Of a stretch of DNA of 64,000 nt, positions 47,939 through 61,500 are shown piece by piece. Position numbers and translations under genes: made by a program. The DNA comes from Planctomycetota bacterium (GTDB lineage Bacteria > Planctomycetota > UBA8108 > SXIK01): the NCBI GenBank assembly GCA_965223265.1, contig OZ244999.1, forward strand, positions 2,720,001-2,784,000. The letters are read 5' to 3'. A model generated the notes under the pieces. That model worked only from the letters and a program-made list of their open reading frames with translations. It did no database searches and was not told where the DNA came from. Within the stretch, counting starts at the first letter, position 1, and each line of letters opens with the position of its first letter.

Positions 47939-48859
47939 ATGGCTCAGTCTAAGATCGCCGTGACGACCGACTTTTCCGAAGAGTCGATCCGTAGCTTTCC
48001 GATCGCAGCGTCGTTAGCTCGAACCTTTCATCGTGATCTGATGGTCGTGCACCAGGCTCGGTTTCCCGACGTCGGACAGATCATGAAACTGCAGGGTGAA
48101 ACGCACCGTGTGGACGAAATCGCTGAGAAACACTGCGCGGCCCTTGAAAGTCGTCTTTCAGAGCTCACCGGCGAAGCTGTGTTTCACGATGTCACGGTGA
48201 CAGGTCGACTGATCCGTGACTGGGGGGTCGATTTTCTCAGGAAGTGCTTGCACGACGAACAGGTCTCGCTGCTCGTCACATCCACCCATGGCTACACGGG
48301 CACGAAGCGTCTCTTCCTGGGCAGCTTTGCCGCCAATGTGGTGCGTGTAGCCCCTTGCCCGGTCCTTGTTTTCAGATCGGATGGATCGCAGGGTTCGAAG
48401 GCCGCGGAGGAATACCGTCCGCGCTGCATCTTGAGTCCGACAGACCTCTCGGAGAACAGCGTGTCCGCTCTCGACCTCGCCACGTCGTGGGCCAGGACCT
48501 TCGCTGCACGTTTGGTGCTACAAAGTGTCATCGAGAAGCCGACGGGCTTCTTGGGGTATGCGAAAAACATGTTCGAAGGGTGGTGGGCTCACGAGCAAGA
48601 AGCCCGTGTAGAGACCACAGCCCGATTAGACCAGATCATCACAGAAAAATGCAGCGACATCGACGCTCGCTATATGATCGGCGTGGGCGACCCGTCGAGC
48701 GAGCTCTTCTCAACTCTCGAAGAGACGGACGCCGACCTTGTGGTTATGGGGACCCACGGGAGGTCTGGATTTCAGGAGTTCTTTTTGGGCAGCGTGGCGC
48801 ACAAGCTTGTCGCCGGCGCGCAGTGTCCCGTCCTTCTTGTTCCTCCGTCAGCGAAGTGA
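47939..48859 (+). CDS. Tandem universal stress protein
   Basis: AAGGAG RBS. IAVTTDFS...STHG..G.KR.FLGS.A...CPVLV and PTDLS...DLVVMGTHGRSG...LGSVA...CPVLLV. Confidence 0.93.
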   Translation: MAQSKIAVTTDFSEESIRSFPIAASLARTFHRDLMVVHQARFPDVGQIMKLQGETHRVDEIAEKHCAALESRLSELTGEAVFHDVTVTGRLIRDWGVDFLRKCLHDEQVSLLVTSTHGYTGTKRLFLGSFAANVVRVAPCPVLVFRSDGSQGSKAAEEYRPRCILSPTDLSENSVSALDLATSWARTFAARLVLQSVIEKPTGFLGYAKNMFEGWWAHEQEARVETTARLDQIITEKCSDIDARYMIGVGDPSSELFSTLEETDADLVVMGTHGRSGFQEFFLGSVAHKLVAGAQCPVLLVPPSAK

Positions 48860-49424
48860 CGGCGCACCGAGGTCCCAACAATCTGACGAGAAGAGCGCGT
48901 CCTATAATCCTTCCCCGAAGAGAATGATCTTGGAGAACACTCGGCGTTTACGGATCGCACCAGCGCTCCGCGAAAGAATTCTAATTGGGGCTCCTTGCTG
49001 GAAGTTTGACGGACTCAACTCCCGAGGACTCGCTGGTTCTGACCAGCGAATGATTCATGATCCAGCAATACTCGATGGCGAAAGCAGCGATGACACTTGA
49101 ATCGGTCCTGCGCGCGTCCGACACGTACGATCCCGCGATCCACCTGGCGGTAGTAGCGCCAGGCGCTGATCTTTCCCACGAGGCCCAGACGCTAGCTGCA
49201 GCAACGAACAGCGTCGACACCGCGGCGACAGCCGCTATCTTCACTTGGACGTTCCGCATGGCGTGATCGTACCGCGGTCGGGGCATGCGGGCAACGCCGA
49301 GGGGAACGTCGTGGGGGCAATTCCTGTTCATCCGACTTCGCGATCGTGGACCTACAACTCTACTCACACCGACATCTATGAGACACCTTCTTTGTCGTGT
49401 CGGCTTGACCCTAGTGAAAAGAGA

Positions 49425-49730
49425 TCAAAAGGCCGCGAGCCACCTGCACACATGAAACGCCAGGTACGAGAACGGCACGAGCCCATAGGAAAGGAGCGCC
49501 CACTCCCGCCCTGTGACAGCCGTGACGACCAACCCGGTGCAGAACAGAAAGCAGCCCGTTTGCAGGAGCAAAAGCTGGGGTAGGAAACGGATGCCGTACG
49601 GAATGAATTGTTTTGCCTCTGGATAGAAAATCGGAACCAGAATCCACTCTGTCCAGGCGATCAATCCCCAGATTGTCGAAAGGACGCCGACCGCGTGAAC
49701 TGACCTGTGCACCTGTTTTCCGGCTTGCAT
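49425..49730 (-). CDS. Small hypothetical membrane protein
   Basis: About three hydrophobic segments. Start uncertain. Confidence 0.4.
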   Translation of the reverse strand: MQAGKQVHRSVHAVGVLSTIWGLIAWTEWILVPIFYPEAKQFIPYGIRFLPQLLLLQTGCFLFCTGLVVTAVTGREWALLSYGLVPFSYLAFHVCRWLAAF

Positions 49731-50257
49731 GTGTGGCTCAAATCCGGAGGTACATCCACTCTTCGTTCCTCTTGCCACCATGGACGAATGTAAAGTATGC
49801 AGTCCGCGCAAACGCCGTCAACCACTTGGTCTCTGACGTAGACTCTCCCGGCTCAATCGGTCGTTGTACAATGGAGAGTTAGAACAAGTGGAACGAATCG
49901 ATGCTCGGCGCAGACGCGTGGATTCCTTCATACTCACCTTTCTCGCCTCATCATCCGCGTCGCGATCACGAGGAACTGCCGGCGTCAGAGTGGCCTCGTT
50001 GAGAGCCTCAAAAGCAAGTTGGGCATGATCGTCTGACGCGCCTTCAGTTTTCAAAGCGCTTCGCTTTGATCGCGACTCTTTCTCAACAGCGGCGGTATCC
50101 AGCTTGCCCGTCCGCTGCTCGGAATCTACCGACTCGGACTGAGGAGATTTCTTGCGGTCTCCGGGGGCGGTTTGCGCAGGAGAGGACGTCTGGACGCCAT
50201 CCGTCGTCCGGTGAAAACGTCACCCTGTTGGAAAGGAGTCGCCGCATGTGTAGCCCG

Positions 50258-51901
50258 ATGACTCTCGTTCGTTCCTTCCGTATCCGTGCCTTGGTCGCTC
50301 TGGCCGTCTCATTGGTCAATTGCGGTCAAATCACGGCGGCGGACGACGGCTTTGACTGGAATCTCCTGAGCGAGCATCACCTGCCGCGGAGCCGCGCCGT
50401 CGACGTCCTTGCGAAATTTTGGGAGGCAAAGGTTATTCAGGCCATCGTCGACGGTCTCGACTCGCGCAGGGACAGCATGACGCTCCAATTCGAGCTCGAC
50501 GTCTTCGCTGGCGTCTTCGACTTTGGCGACGCGAACGGAGATTTCGTCATGGAACTCAACGTTTCCTACCTCGATGGCGGCGGTTACGAGGTGATTCTCG
50601 GATACGACTTGTCGGGCGGTGTGGCGGTCGGAGTTCCAGCCATCGTCGACGCTGGAGTCGGGGCCGGGCACGACTTTCGCACCGTTTTCCAGTTTCCCTC
50701 CGTGGAGCAAGCGGTTGACGGGATTCAGGCACTTGTGCTCAACGAAGCTCTGGGACCAATCAGTATGGAGCTTCTCGCTCAAGCGGAGGATCTCGCAGCC
50801 GAAGCGGAAGACCTCGTCGACGCCCTGTCCCGGGCTTTGGAAAACACCCGCGGTGTTGTTCGCGAAATTTCGGCTCGCGTGAGCAGCACGGAGCGGCGCT
50901 TCCACCGGTCGAGTCGGTGGGGGCGGCGGATTCTCCACGGGGCGTTGTGGGCACTTCGCAGCGCCCGCGCGGCTGCCATCAACGCGCTGAACGGTGTCGA
51001 ACTCCTGCTGTCGGCGGCTCAGACCCGTGCTGCTGAGGCTGCCGCCGGTGTGAGCGGAACGCGAGCGCTCTTGAGCGAACTCTCAGCAGCGCAGATGCTC
51101 CTTGAAAAGACAGCTGTCGGCATCCAGTTTCGCGTGAAGACTTTCGGCGAGTTGGAGCTTCTTGAGGTCTTCGGTGTCCGCCTCGAGTACTTGCAGCTCC
51201 TTCCGTGGCCGCACTTCGAAGTGAAGGCAAGCCCAGAAGTCGATCTCCGCGCCATCCTCGGCGGCGACGGCACCGTGGAGATTTCGGCGGAAGCCGCGTA
51301 CGATCTGAGCGGCGCGGCGTACTTTCCTCCGGGCGATCTACCCAGCTCTTTCGAAGCCCAGGGCACCATCAAGATCGGCTACCGTGCCGACCTCACCGTC
51401 GACTTGACGACCGGCGAGCTATCCGAGCACTTGTCTCTCGCACTCGAATTCAATGGGGAGACCCTCGATGCGTACGGCGATTTCATTGCGGAAAAGTTCG
51501 GGGACGGTCGCCGGATGAGAATCGAGCTCCTCGGTGGCTGGAGTCTCTCGCTGCCGGATCTCGAACTACCCCAGAACCTGGACGAGGCCTTCGCTGCGCT
51601 GCTGAATCAGCTTCTCGAGCTCGTCCCGGACGAAGGTGGGCTCCGCGTCTCGAGTCAAGATCGATGGGTCACGGAGATCGCCGCTTCCATGGCTGTGGAT
51701 GTCATCGTCGCAGGGATCGGCGTCGGCCTCTCCGGCACATGGGTCGACCAGGGCGCAGACGTCGTTCAAATCTGGACTCCCGCGGGCGGCTGGAGAGTCG
51801 AAGGTCTCCCCGACGACGGCTTCGTCGACAAACGTGCGCGGGCCGTCGTCGTCCAAGAGGCGAAGCACGCGGTGTTCGACTGGCTACGCGCGACGCGCTA
51901 G
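50258..51901 (+). CDS. Secreted hypothetical protein: beta-rich with central coiled-coil insert
   Basis: Signal-peptide-like N-terminus, long ORF with genome-typical codon usage, acidic beta strands flanking an Ala/Leu/Arg-rich helical hairpin. Confidence 0.75.
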   Translation: MTLVRSFRIRALVALAVSLVNCGQITAADDGFDWNLLSEHHLPRSRAVDVLAKFWEAKVIQAIVDGLDSRRDSMTLQFELDVFAGVFDFGDANGDFVMELNVSYLDGGGYEVILGYDLSGGVAVGVPAIVDAGVGAGHDFRTVFQFPSVEQAVDGIQALVLNEALGPISMELLAQAEDLAAEAEDLVDALSRALENTRGVVREISARVSSTERRFHRSSRWGRRILHGALWALRSARAAAINALNGVELLLSAAQTRAAEAAAGVSGTRALLSELSAAQMLLEKTAVGIQFRVKTFGELELLEVFGVRLEYLQLLPWPHFEVKASPEVDLRAILGGDGTVEISAEAAYDLSGAAYFPPGDLPSSFEAQGTIKIGYRADLTVDLTTGELSEHLSLALEFNGETLDAYGDFIAEKFGDGRRMRIELLGGWSLSLPDLELPQNLDEAFAALLNQLLELVPDEGGLRVSSQDRWVTEIAASMAVDVIVAGIGVGLSGTWVDQGADVVQIWTPAGGWRVEGLPDDGFVDKRARAVVVQEAKHAVFDWLRATR

Positions 51902-51948
51902 CTTCGTGGGAGACTGTCGGCAAGGAACGCAGACGAGGAAGATAGGCC

Positions 51949-52167
51949 GTGGACCTCATCATGGGCATCATCGAGGTTGTTCTCATCATCTGCGAACTCA
52001 TTGTGGCCTTTCGCAGTCGTGCCAACCGAAAAGCAAGGCGCGACGCGAAGAGTGCTGGACAACCCATACCGAAACGAGACGTCTGGGCCATTCTCTACCT
52101 TGTTCTCTTTTTTCTCATTTTCACCATTGGCGCTGCAATGTTGGCATTTTGGCTATCTCTGACCTGA
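51949..52167 (+). CDS. Small two-TM hypothetical protein
   Basis: Two hydrophobic helices around a basic loop. GAGGA upstream. Confidence 0.55.
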   Translation: MDLIMGIIEVVLIICELIVAFRSRANRKARRDAKSAGQPIPKRDVWAILYLVLFFLIFTIGAAMLAFWLSLT

Positions 52168-52505
52168 CCGACGCAGGTGTCATTCGTACGGCGTGATCAC
52201 GCGACCTGCGGAGTTCCCTGGGGAGCGCGCTGCAGCTGCCGCTAAACGGCTTCCCTTCAGGTGCGCTGCGATCTTCCAAGAACTCGGCTGTAAGAACGAA
52301 TCAGCCTCAACGCTCTAACCACCGGGCGCAGTGAATGAAGAGCACAACGAGAACCATGCGAAAGGAGACGAAACGGCCTCGTTTGGATTGGCGTTTCGCC
52401 TTTCCCCACGACAGAATCGTAGAGTAGAGTCGCGCAGAGGCCTGCGGCCGCCGTTCGCAGCGATCTTCACATTCCCAAATGTGGGTCCTCAAAAAAGGAG
52501 GGAAT

Positions 52506-55500
52506 ATGTCGGTTCGACGTTGTGTGCTCTCATCTTTGGCGAGACGGATGGTCACCGTCTCACTTGCCTCCGTCTTCGCCGTCGCCTCCCTGTTCGTCCT
52601 AACCGATTGCGTCGTTGCGCAAGAGCGCGAAAACACACGCAGCAAGACGGATGGTCGTGCAGACGACGCGAGCGCGTCCGCTCGTGCGAACGAGAAGGCT
52701 CTGAGGTACTTTCAGGTCTTGCAGCGAAGGCCTCGCCCCGGGTATCTGTTCGACCGCTTCTACAACGCGTGGCTCGACACCGATTCGATCGCGGGACTTG
52801 AGCGTTTTCTGAGCGCCACCGTCGAGAAAGACGAGACGACACCGAACCGTCTCCTTCTCGCGTTCTTCTACGCCAAACAGGGCCAGAATGTCCGTGCTTT
52901 GGAACAGTTTCGCGCCGCTTTGAACAAAGATCCGGGCAGCGCTGAGGCGTGGTATCACAAGGCTCTCGTGGAGCAGCGCACGCTCGACTTTGACACCGCG
53001 ATCGAGGATCTTAGGCGCGCGCTCGATGCGGAGCCGAGCGCGGACCTCGAGCGTGACATCCTGCAGCTGCAAGGACGCCTCTATGCCCGAAGTGGTGACG
53101 CGTCAGCCGCCGCGCGCGTCTGGAGTCTCCTCCTCGAGAAGAATCCCCGCGACGAGGAGCTGCAGGAGGACTTAATCGAGCTGCAGATCTCCGAAGGGCT
53201 CTTTGATGTGGCGCTGGCGACTGCCGAGTCTCTCGTTGAGATGACGAAAGACCCATACCTCAGCGTCGTCCGGCGCCTTCGGATCGGTGACATTCATCAG
53301 TTGGCGGGCGCGCGCGACAAGGCTCTCGCCGCCTACGCCAGTAGTCTCGAGAGAGTCGGGAGCGACACGTGGCTCGAACGCGAGATTCTTCGGCAGATCG
53401 CCCAAGTTTTTCGCCGCGAAGATGACATCATAGGCTTGAAAGCGTACTTCGGGAAACTGCTCGAAGTCCACACGAAGCGGATCGGCCTCAGACGTCAGTA
53501 CTCCGAGACGCTCGCCGAGCTCGGGGAGAAGAAGGCTGCGAACAAGGCGTTCCTCGAGGTCTTACAGTTGACTCCCGGTGACCGCTCTATCCGGGAAGAT
53601 TACGTCGACATGCTCTCTCGCCTTGAGCTGCGCAGTGAGGCGATCGAGCAGCTGCAGCTGCTCGTTAACCAGTATCCCGACGACGGCGAACTTCTGATCA
53701 AGCTGGCCAAACTGCAGCATGAAAATGACGACAGTGGTGCCGCGAAGACGACGCTCGAGCGCTACCTTGAGACGTCGGACGGCTCTGAGTATTCGTACCT
53801 TCGTGCAGCACAGCTCATGGAGCAGTTTCAGCGCCAAGAGGCCGCCGACGCTGTCTTTCGGGAGTTGCTTGCGAAGTTTCCGGAGAGCGAAGGAGCACGC
53901 GATGCTCACGCGGCGTATCTTCACCGCCAGGGCCGGAAAGACGAAGCGATCGACGTCTGGCGAGGGCTCGCCCACGGAGCCGACCGAGAACGACTCGTCC
54001 GGGTGGCTCGCGCGCTGTCGTCGCGCAGTGAGCTCGTAGCTGCGTTTGAAATCCTCTCCGCGCGGTTCGGCGATTTCGGCAACGATCCGATCTACCTCAG
54101 TCAACTCTGCACGGTGGCGATTGGGCTCAAGAAGTTTGACGCGGCGCTACCGTGGGCGCGTCAGCTTGTCGTCCTTGCGCAGAAACCGCTGGACGTCGAG
54201 AACGCCGTCGACCGCGCTGCGCGCATCGTCCAGCGTACGGAAAAAGAGGTGGAGCTCACGCAGGCTCTCGCTCCATCCGAGCTGCCGCAGGAGATCTGTC
54301 TGCTTGCAGAACTTCACGAGCGCGCCGGCGACTCTCGAAGCGCTGAAGCCGCACTCGCTCGACTTGATCTTTCCGCTCCGGTGCTGGCGACCACGCAGAG
54401 AATTCGACTCTTCCGCCAGCGCGGCGAGTTCGAGAAGGCGGCGCGAGAAGCCGCAAGACTCGTCCGGCTTCCGGGCGGGCGACGCGCCGCGAACGTGCAG
54501 AAAGTCGTCGACCTTTTTGGCCGTGCTCACAATCTAAACGAGGCGCTGGAGTGGATCCCAGAATGGAAGAAACTCATCCCTGGGAGCACGGTACCGTGGC
54601 TCACTGAAGCGCGGTTACACCTCGCCGAGGGCCGAAACCATGCGGCAGTTGATGTGCTGCGCCGCGCGGTGCAAGCCTTCTCCGGCGACGCGCAGCTCCG
54701 TGCTACGCTCGCGGCGGCCTACGCGGACGACGGCAAGCTTGCAGATGCTGAACGCCTCTACGTGCAGCTCTACGAGGAAGCACCCAACGCCAGCGAAAAG
54801 ATTCGCTGGGTGCAGGAGCTTGCGCGTGCTGCCGAGCTGCGCGGTGCGACAGAGAGTCTTGTTGAGCAGTTCGAAGAGCGTCGGCGGAGCAACCGCACAT
54901 CCATCGTGCCACTCCTGGCGCTGGCGGAGATCCATCGCGTCGGCGACGACTACGAAGGGCGCCGCCGCGCACTCTTGGAAGCGGCGCGCATTCGTCCACA
55001 GGATCTGGACCTGCTCCTCGAGATCGCGCGCGTTGAGGAAGCGGAGCAGGAGTTCGATCGTGCGCTCGCCACCCTCGCGACGGCCGCTAAGCTAGCCAAG
55101 GGAAAAGAGCGAGACCGCATCCGCGAGCGTGTCGCGAGACTTCACTTCGCAGCCGGCGACGAGGACGAGGGCTTTCAGGTACTCCAGGAGATTGCTCGTG
55201 GCGATGACATCGACGCGCAGGCGGTCGAGAATCTCGCGCAGGCCATTTTTGAAACTGGTGACTGGAGTCGAGCTGCCGACTTCCTGCGGCCGTTTGTCGA
55301 CAAGTTCTCCAAGCACTACGGGATCGGCTATCTCTATGCTGTTGCGCTTGCGGAGAATGAAAGAGAGCTCGATGCTGCTCGCGTCTTCTCAAGCCTTCTC
55401 CGGGTTGACGAGGAGCCACCGAGACTCAGCACAACGGTCCAGAGTCACCATGCCTTGCAGGAGATCGAGAGCCAGCTGCGCGTTCTGCCGCCAGCTGCGC

Positions 55501-58500
55501 TTGAGCTTGTCAGCCTCCAAACAGCCAGTCGTTTTGCGCTGCGTCACAGGCAAATGAGCCGGCAGTACTTCGGGCCTCTGGGATTTTCCCAGACCGCCGT
55601 AGAAGTGCCACGAGACTTGAGGTCACTGCGCAGCTACTGCTTGGCATACCTCTCAGCCATCGGCCAGGAGCTTGAGGGCGATGATCTCGCCGAGGTCAAA
55701 GCGGATCTCGTCAGCGCTGGCGTCTCCTACGCGGACTACTTCTTTGACCTCGACTTCAATTCACTGCAGGACGGCGGCGGCATCGCGGCGCTTTTGGAGA
55801 AGCACCCGCGAAGCGAAGCTCTACTGTCCGTCGCTCTCATCTTCCAGGCAACCGGACAGGGAGTGATGGCGATTGATCAGCTTCGAGTAGCCGTTGAGAC
55901 GTTTGAGCGAGAGTGGCCGGAGCTGGCGTACTTAGGCGCGCTTGGGGCGAGTTTCTCTTTGGACGAAAATGTCCCCGAGGAGCTCAGCGAAAAGGCTTTA
56001 AAGCTTGTCGATTCCATCGACAAACCAGGCGTAGTTACGTGGGTTTCGACCCTCATGGCGGTTGGTGGTGCAACTTTCGGGCGTGACGTCGTCGGCGCGC
56101 TCGACGACAACGACAAGAAGATCCTCACCAGGAAGCTGGTCGAATGGTACCCGAAGGTCAACATTCAAAGTCTTCCGATCCAGTGGGTTTTTTTGAGCGT
56201 CGCCTCGGCGGTCGCCAGCTCTGAGGGCACTGAGGCGTTCCTTCACTTTCTCGACCGGGAAGTGCGCGAACGGATTTCCACACGCTCGAGAAAACCGTCA
56301 CAAGTTGCCATGTTCTTCGGTGGCCAGACTGGAAGTGAGCTTCTCGCTCCTTTGGAGTTTCCACCGCAAGTCCTCACCGACTTTCCGACCGTTGTGTTGA
56401 CGGCGCTCTCGAGCGACCGCAGCGGTTTCGCAGTGCAGCTGTTCGGCGATGGGCTCGAACTTGATGACGACGAGGTGAGAAAGTACATCGCCGAGCTGAA
56501 GTCTCCCATCTTGCGAGTTCTTCTCTTTCATCGCGTCGACGAGATCGACAAGGCAAAGGCTGAGATTGCGGCGCTCATCAGCGCCGAAGAACCGCGCGTC
56601 GACTCGTTTCTTCTGGCCGCAGCGCATTCTGCTCGGGTCGAAGACGACATGCTGAGCGCGATCGAGTATCTCGAGCGAGCTCGGTTCTTGCCCATGACGC
56701 GGGAGACGCGCCGGCGAATCGACGGGTCAATCGTTGCTTGGAGCGTCGACCGGTTGACTGGCGAGCCAGCGAAGGACGAAGAGATCAAGACTGCCGGACG
56801 AGAGGCCGTCCTGCGTCTCCGGCGTGCCTCGCTGACGGCGGAGCAGCGCGACGAGCTGGTCGCTGCGATGGAGCAGCTCGAGTTGACCAAGGAGGCGGAG
56901 AAGCTTCAGGATCGTATCGCATCTGCAGTCAATCAGCTCTTCTCCTTCCCCTCGGGGGGAGGCGCTAACCCGCAAAGCCCAGAGCGACTACAAAAGCTGC
57001 TCGTTTCCGGCGACAGGGATCGGGCCCTGAAGTTACTGGGTGCAGACCTCAAACGCTTCGCCAGCAAAGGCCTTCACGTTCAGACAGCGTTTGACGAGTC
57101 CTACGAGCTTGAGGAGTGGCTTCGCCCGATCGCCGTATACAACTTGGGAGAGGACCTCCTGAGTCTCGTCGATCCGGGGACCGCCGAGAATCCGCGGCGC
57201 TGGGCTCAGTACGGGTTCGCGTGCGAGGTGCTCGGCAAGAGGGAAAGAGCGATCGAAATGTACAAGCAGGTTGCCAGGGAGCGCCCGAAGGAGATGGGCG
57301 TTCGCGTCCGCTTGGTCGCGCTACTCCTTGAGACCCACCCGGAAGCGGCGGTCGGCCCTTTGCGTGAGCTGGACGCCATGGGGCTGGCGGCGGTCGGGCA
57401 GCACGCGACGGGCATGGTCGACGAGGAACAGATTCCTTATGCTGATCGCCTCCGTCTCGTCGAGACCATCGTCGACGCGGTCGCACAGCTGGAGGATACC
57501 TCGAACGTACCGCTATTTTGGGTGCCGCATCTTCTCGACCGACTTGTCAGGTCGAGCGACGCGGACGGTGTCGAGATCGGCTCGCTATATGCTGCGTCGC
57601 GGGCGAGCGCTCCGTCGGAAGCTGCAACGCCTCTTCGTGACCAGATTGCGTCTTTTCAAAAGCAGCGTCGAGAGATCCACGACAAAGTTTGCAACGTCAT
57701 GCTCGGCGTGCCGTCGCTGGCGTCTGACGGATTTCGACGCCTCTCTGGTTTCCTCTCCCTGGAGGGCAGGGAGGAAGAAGCTTTTCAGCTCGCCAAGACG
57801 GCGATTCTGGCGCAAGCAGAATCATCGCCGGGGCCGGTCAACCCCATAACGTTTCTATCGTTCGGCCTCTTCGAGTCAAACTCGGAGTCCATTCAGATGT
57901 GGGGGCCCGAACAATTCGTCGCCCGCTATGCATGGAAGAAGCAGGACCGCTCGCTCATTGAGCGTGACATTGTGCAAGTGGTCGAGAAGCAAAAGGGCCG
58001 CGCCAGGAAAGCGCTTGTCGTGGATCTCCGCGACCGTACCGAGCTTTTTTTCACAGCGCCGGAGGAGTTCCTGGAGCGTGCGAGAAAACACTGCAAGAAG
58101 CGCAGGAGTGGACCGTTTGGACCCATGCTGAGCGCTGGCGCGCTACAGCAGGTCCTGGACGTTTGGGAGCTCAGAGAGCTCGACGTCGAGATCGCTCCGC
58201 TCATCGTGGGGGAGCTCACGAAGACGCAAGACAGAGGTTTCACCGATTCGTTCAGTTTCCTCCACCGGTTCGTTTTGGCGCAATACCGGCGAGGCGGAGC
58301 GAAAGCCACTACGGCGGTGCTCGAAAGGATTGCAGAGGGCTATCTCGGTCCGAAGGAACAGCGCGCGGCGCGCATTGAGAAGCACTACGATCCGAACGAC
58401 TACTCGATTGGAACACCGAACGCGTCGATCCAGGCATACCTTCAGATCCTCGAGAGGCTCGGTCAGGACCACCGGCTCTTCGCTTCGGTCTACAGGCACT

Positions 58501-61500
58501 CTGAAGAACAGATCGAACCGTTTCTAGGTGGACGGCTCGTGGAGATCACGCCCGAAGCTCATCCCCTACTTGAACCCGAGACGTTCAAAGATTTTGACCG
58601 GACGACGCGGCTACTGACAGACTCGTTTTTCTTGGGCGGTAGCGACGACGTTCGCTTCTATCGAATTCACGGCGACGATTTCATCGACAGCATGTTTTTC
58701 CAGATTGGCTACCAGATGCGGCGGAGTGGGGGTGATTTGAAAGAAAAGTACCTCGCATTCCTCGACACAGAGAAGACGCTAGGCCGTGCCCTTCTGGGAG
58801 CGATCGCTGGTGACGAGCCGGAGAGGTGGAGTGGATTCCTCACAGAATTTCGCGATGAACTTAGAGCGCTCGCGCCGACACCTCGAGCGATGTTTGCCAA
58901 GCACGCCCGCGAAGATTTCGCTCGCTTCGTAGACGTCTCGAAGCTCACGGCTGAAGCGAGGGCGATCCTCGAGTGGGCGGAGACGCTCGACGACACCTCA
59001 CGGCAAGGGAAGATTGACGCATTGCTTGCGGCTAAAAGCGTCCGCGAGCTGAAGATCGAGCCCCACGAATTCGAAGATCATTTCGTCGAGTATCTCAGCG
59101 ATCTCCTACCGCAGGAGAGCGAGCGAGCGCTCAAGGTCTTTTGGAAGATCGCGGAGCTTGTGGAAAAGTCTGGACGGGACCGACGTAGTCGATTCTATAG
59201 CGCCGACTGGTCGATTTCCAGCCAACTGCTGCAGAGTCTCCTCTCGTCCGAAGGCAGTCCAGCGACGCTGAGTTTCGTCTACGACGTTTTGACGACGCCC
59301 GAGCCGCCCACGAAAGTGGAAGCGCCGAGCAATCGTGTCTTCGAATTCAGTTTGCAACAGCTCGTAAGCGATGCTCGCGGCGACCAGCAGCCCCGCTTGG
59401 ACGACCGCGCCGCCCTGAAACGCGCCATGGAGCGGTTGGCAGGGGCGCTTGCAGCGAAACACTATCGCTTGGCCGCCGCACCGTTTTTTGGGTTTCTGAC
59501 TGCCCTAGTCGGATCGGACCAGGGGCGCATTCAGGCGCTCCTGCCGCTTTTGCGCGAAGAGATGCAGCGCGATGCATATCCATCGCTCGCGAAGGAACTG
59601 TATGTTGTCGCGGCGCTGCGGGGGCGGAACAGTTCTTCGGATGAAGCTGCGTCTCAAGGCGCTCATCTAGGCGACGAGAACCGTCACGTCTTGGCGCTAC
59701 TCGATGACCAAGAAGTTCCGACCAATCTGCGCCTACGCGTTGCTGCGGCATTCTTGGCCTACAGTGGTGACGTTTTGCCGCTTGCAGTCACCGCCCGCGC
59801 AATCGATTTGCTGGTCGCCGCGTGGGATCAAAAGATGTCCGTCTCCGCCGATGATGTACGGCGCGCGGCGCGAGGCCTGATCCACCATGCCCGTCAACGG
59901 GATGGAGCCTGGGATGCAGCAGCAGCAAATCTTGTGCAGGCTTGGAAGAAGAACGTGCTGCGAGGCGAGGCTTCGCGCCGGCATTCGTCGTTCGATGTCG
60001 GCTACCAGTCGAGGTCGGTGGTTTTGCAACTCTGCATCCTGCTCGGGGACGACGCCAGCATGAATCAGATCCTGGAGAAGTCGGATGGGGAGCCGGGTGC
60101 TGAGTGGATGTTGCTTCTCATTCGTTCGGGCTCCGCTGAGCAAGTGACGCGGGTGCTCATGCGTCGCTGGAAACAATTCGACTGGCGCGGCTTCAATAGA
60201 GATCGGGAGCTCTACCTCTACGACGAAGAGATCGAGCGGAAGGTGCCGGCGATCCTCGAGCGACTCGAAAACCCTGACATGAAGCTCTTCTTCGAGGCCT
60301 TTGTCGCATCGCTTCCGGACCCAAGTGCGCCAGGAGCCGATGTCACGCCGCGCGAAGTGGGTAGCACCAAGCCGAGTCACACGCAGAGTCGCGACGCGGA
60401 AAGCTCGCGTTTGACCCCACGCGACGAGCGCCTTCTTCGGCTCGGTGAGCGGATCCGTCAGCACCAATTCCAGAACATCTCGCTTCGCGACGCGGTGCTT
60501 AGTTTCGTGACGGAGTCACGACCAGCGGCGGCGAAGCTGTACGACGAAATCAAAACTGCGGCGGCTGGAGTGACGCCGCTGATGTTCGCACAGGATCAAT
60601 TCGAGAATCAAAGCGGGTTCGACTCAACCCAAACGAAGACACTCTTCGAGACCTATTTTCGGTTGTCTCTGCAGCGTGGACCGCAGGTTGCGAGCGAGAC
60701 GCTCGCGGCGATTTCGAAGATCCAAATGCGACAACCATATCTCCGTCAGATGGCGTTAGCTCAGTTTCTCGGGATGTTTCATGACGCGTTCAGAGAGGAC
60801 GTCGCAACCTGGACACCGCAAGTACGAAGTGAAAACGTTGGGTTTTGGAGTGAGTTCATCTCAATAGAAAAACCCTACCAAGCGCTGGAGGAAGAGTTGT
60901 TCTCACTCGCGGGGATTGGATTTCTTTACTCCTATTTCGAAGGCGACGGCACCGCGAAGGTGTATGAGGCGGCTTTTTCTCAGCTCGATGCGCCGACGCT
61001 GAGTCGATTCGAACAGAACGTTGAGTTCTTCGAAGCCGCTCTCCGAGAGGTGCCCCATGCTATGCGGAACCGGTCGATCCCACGGGAGCGTCGCGTCGCC
61101 ACGGCGGTCGCGCTGCTTTCCCATCCGGTCGTCGTGGCGTCGATCGAACGGCACGAGGAGTATCGTGTACGTGCCTTTCAGCGGCTGCTGAAGTCACAAC
61201 TACTTTCCACGAGCGAACTCCTGGAGATCGGGCCTGAGCTGATACAGGCAAGCCCACGTGGTGGATTTGCTGCCGGGGAGCTTGCTAGTTACCAAGAGAG
61301 CGCGAAGCAGTTCGAGGCTGCGATCGGATCGTACGACGAGGGGATTCGCCAAGTTCCACCGGCGAGTAGGGGACGCTACTCGCAGTTCCACATTGCCAAG
61401 GCGAAGCTGCTGAAGCAGCTGCAGCGACCGAAGGAGGCGCTTTCGGCTCTCGAAGAAATGGACATTGAGCGCCTCAGCGATTCGCTCGCGAGCGAGTTTA

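Noticed and set aside
48900-50250. Several short overlapping ORFs
   Set aside because: Apart from one hydrophobic ORF, none is supportable. Possibly decayed sequence.
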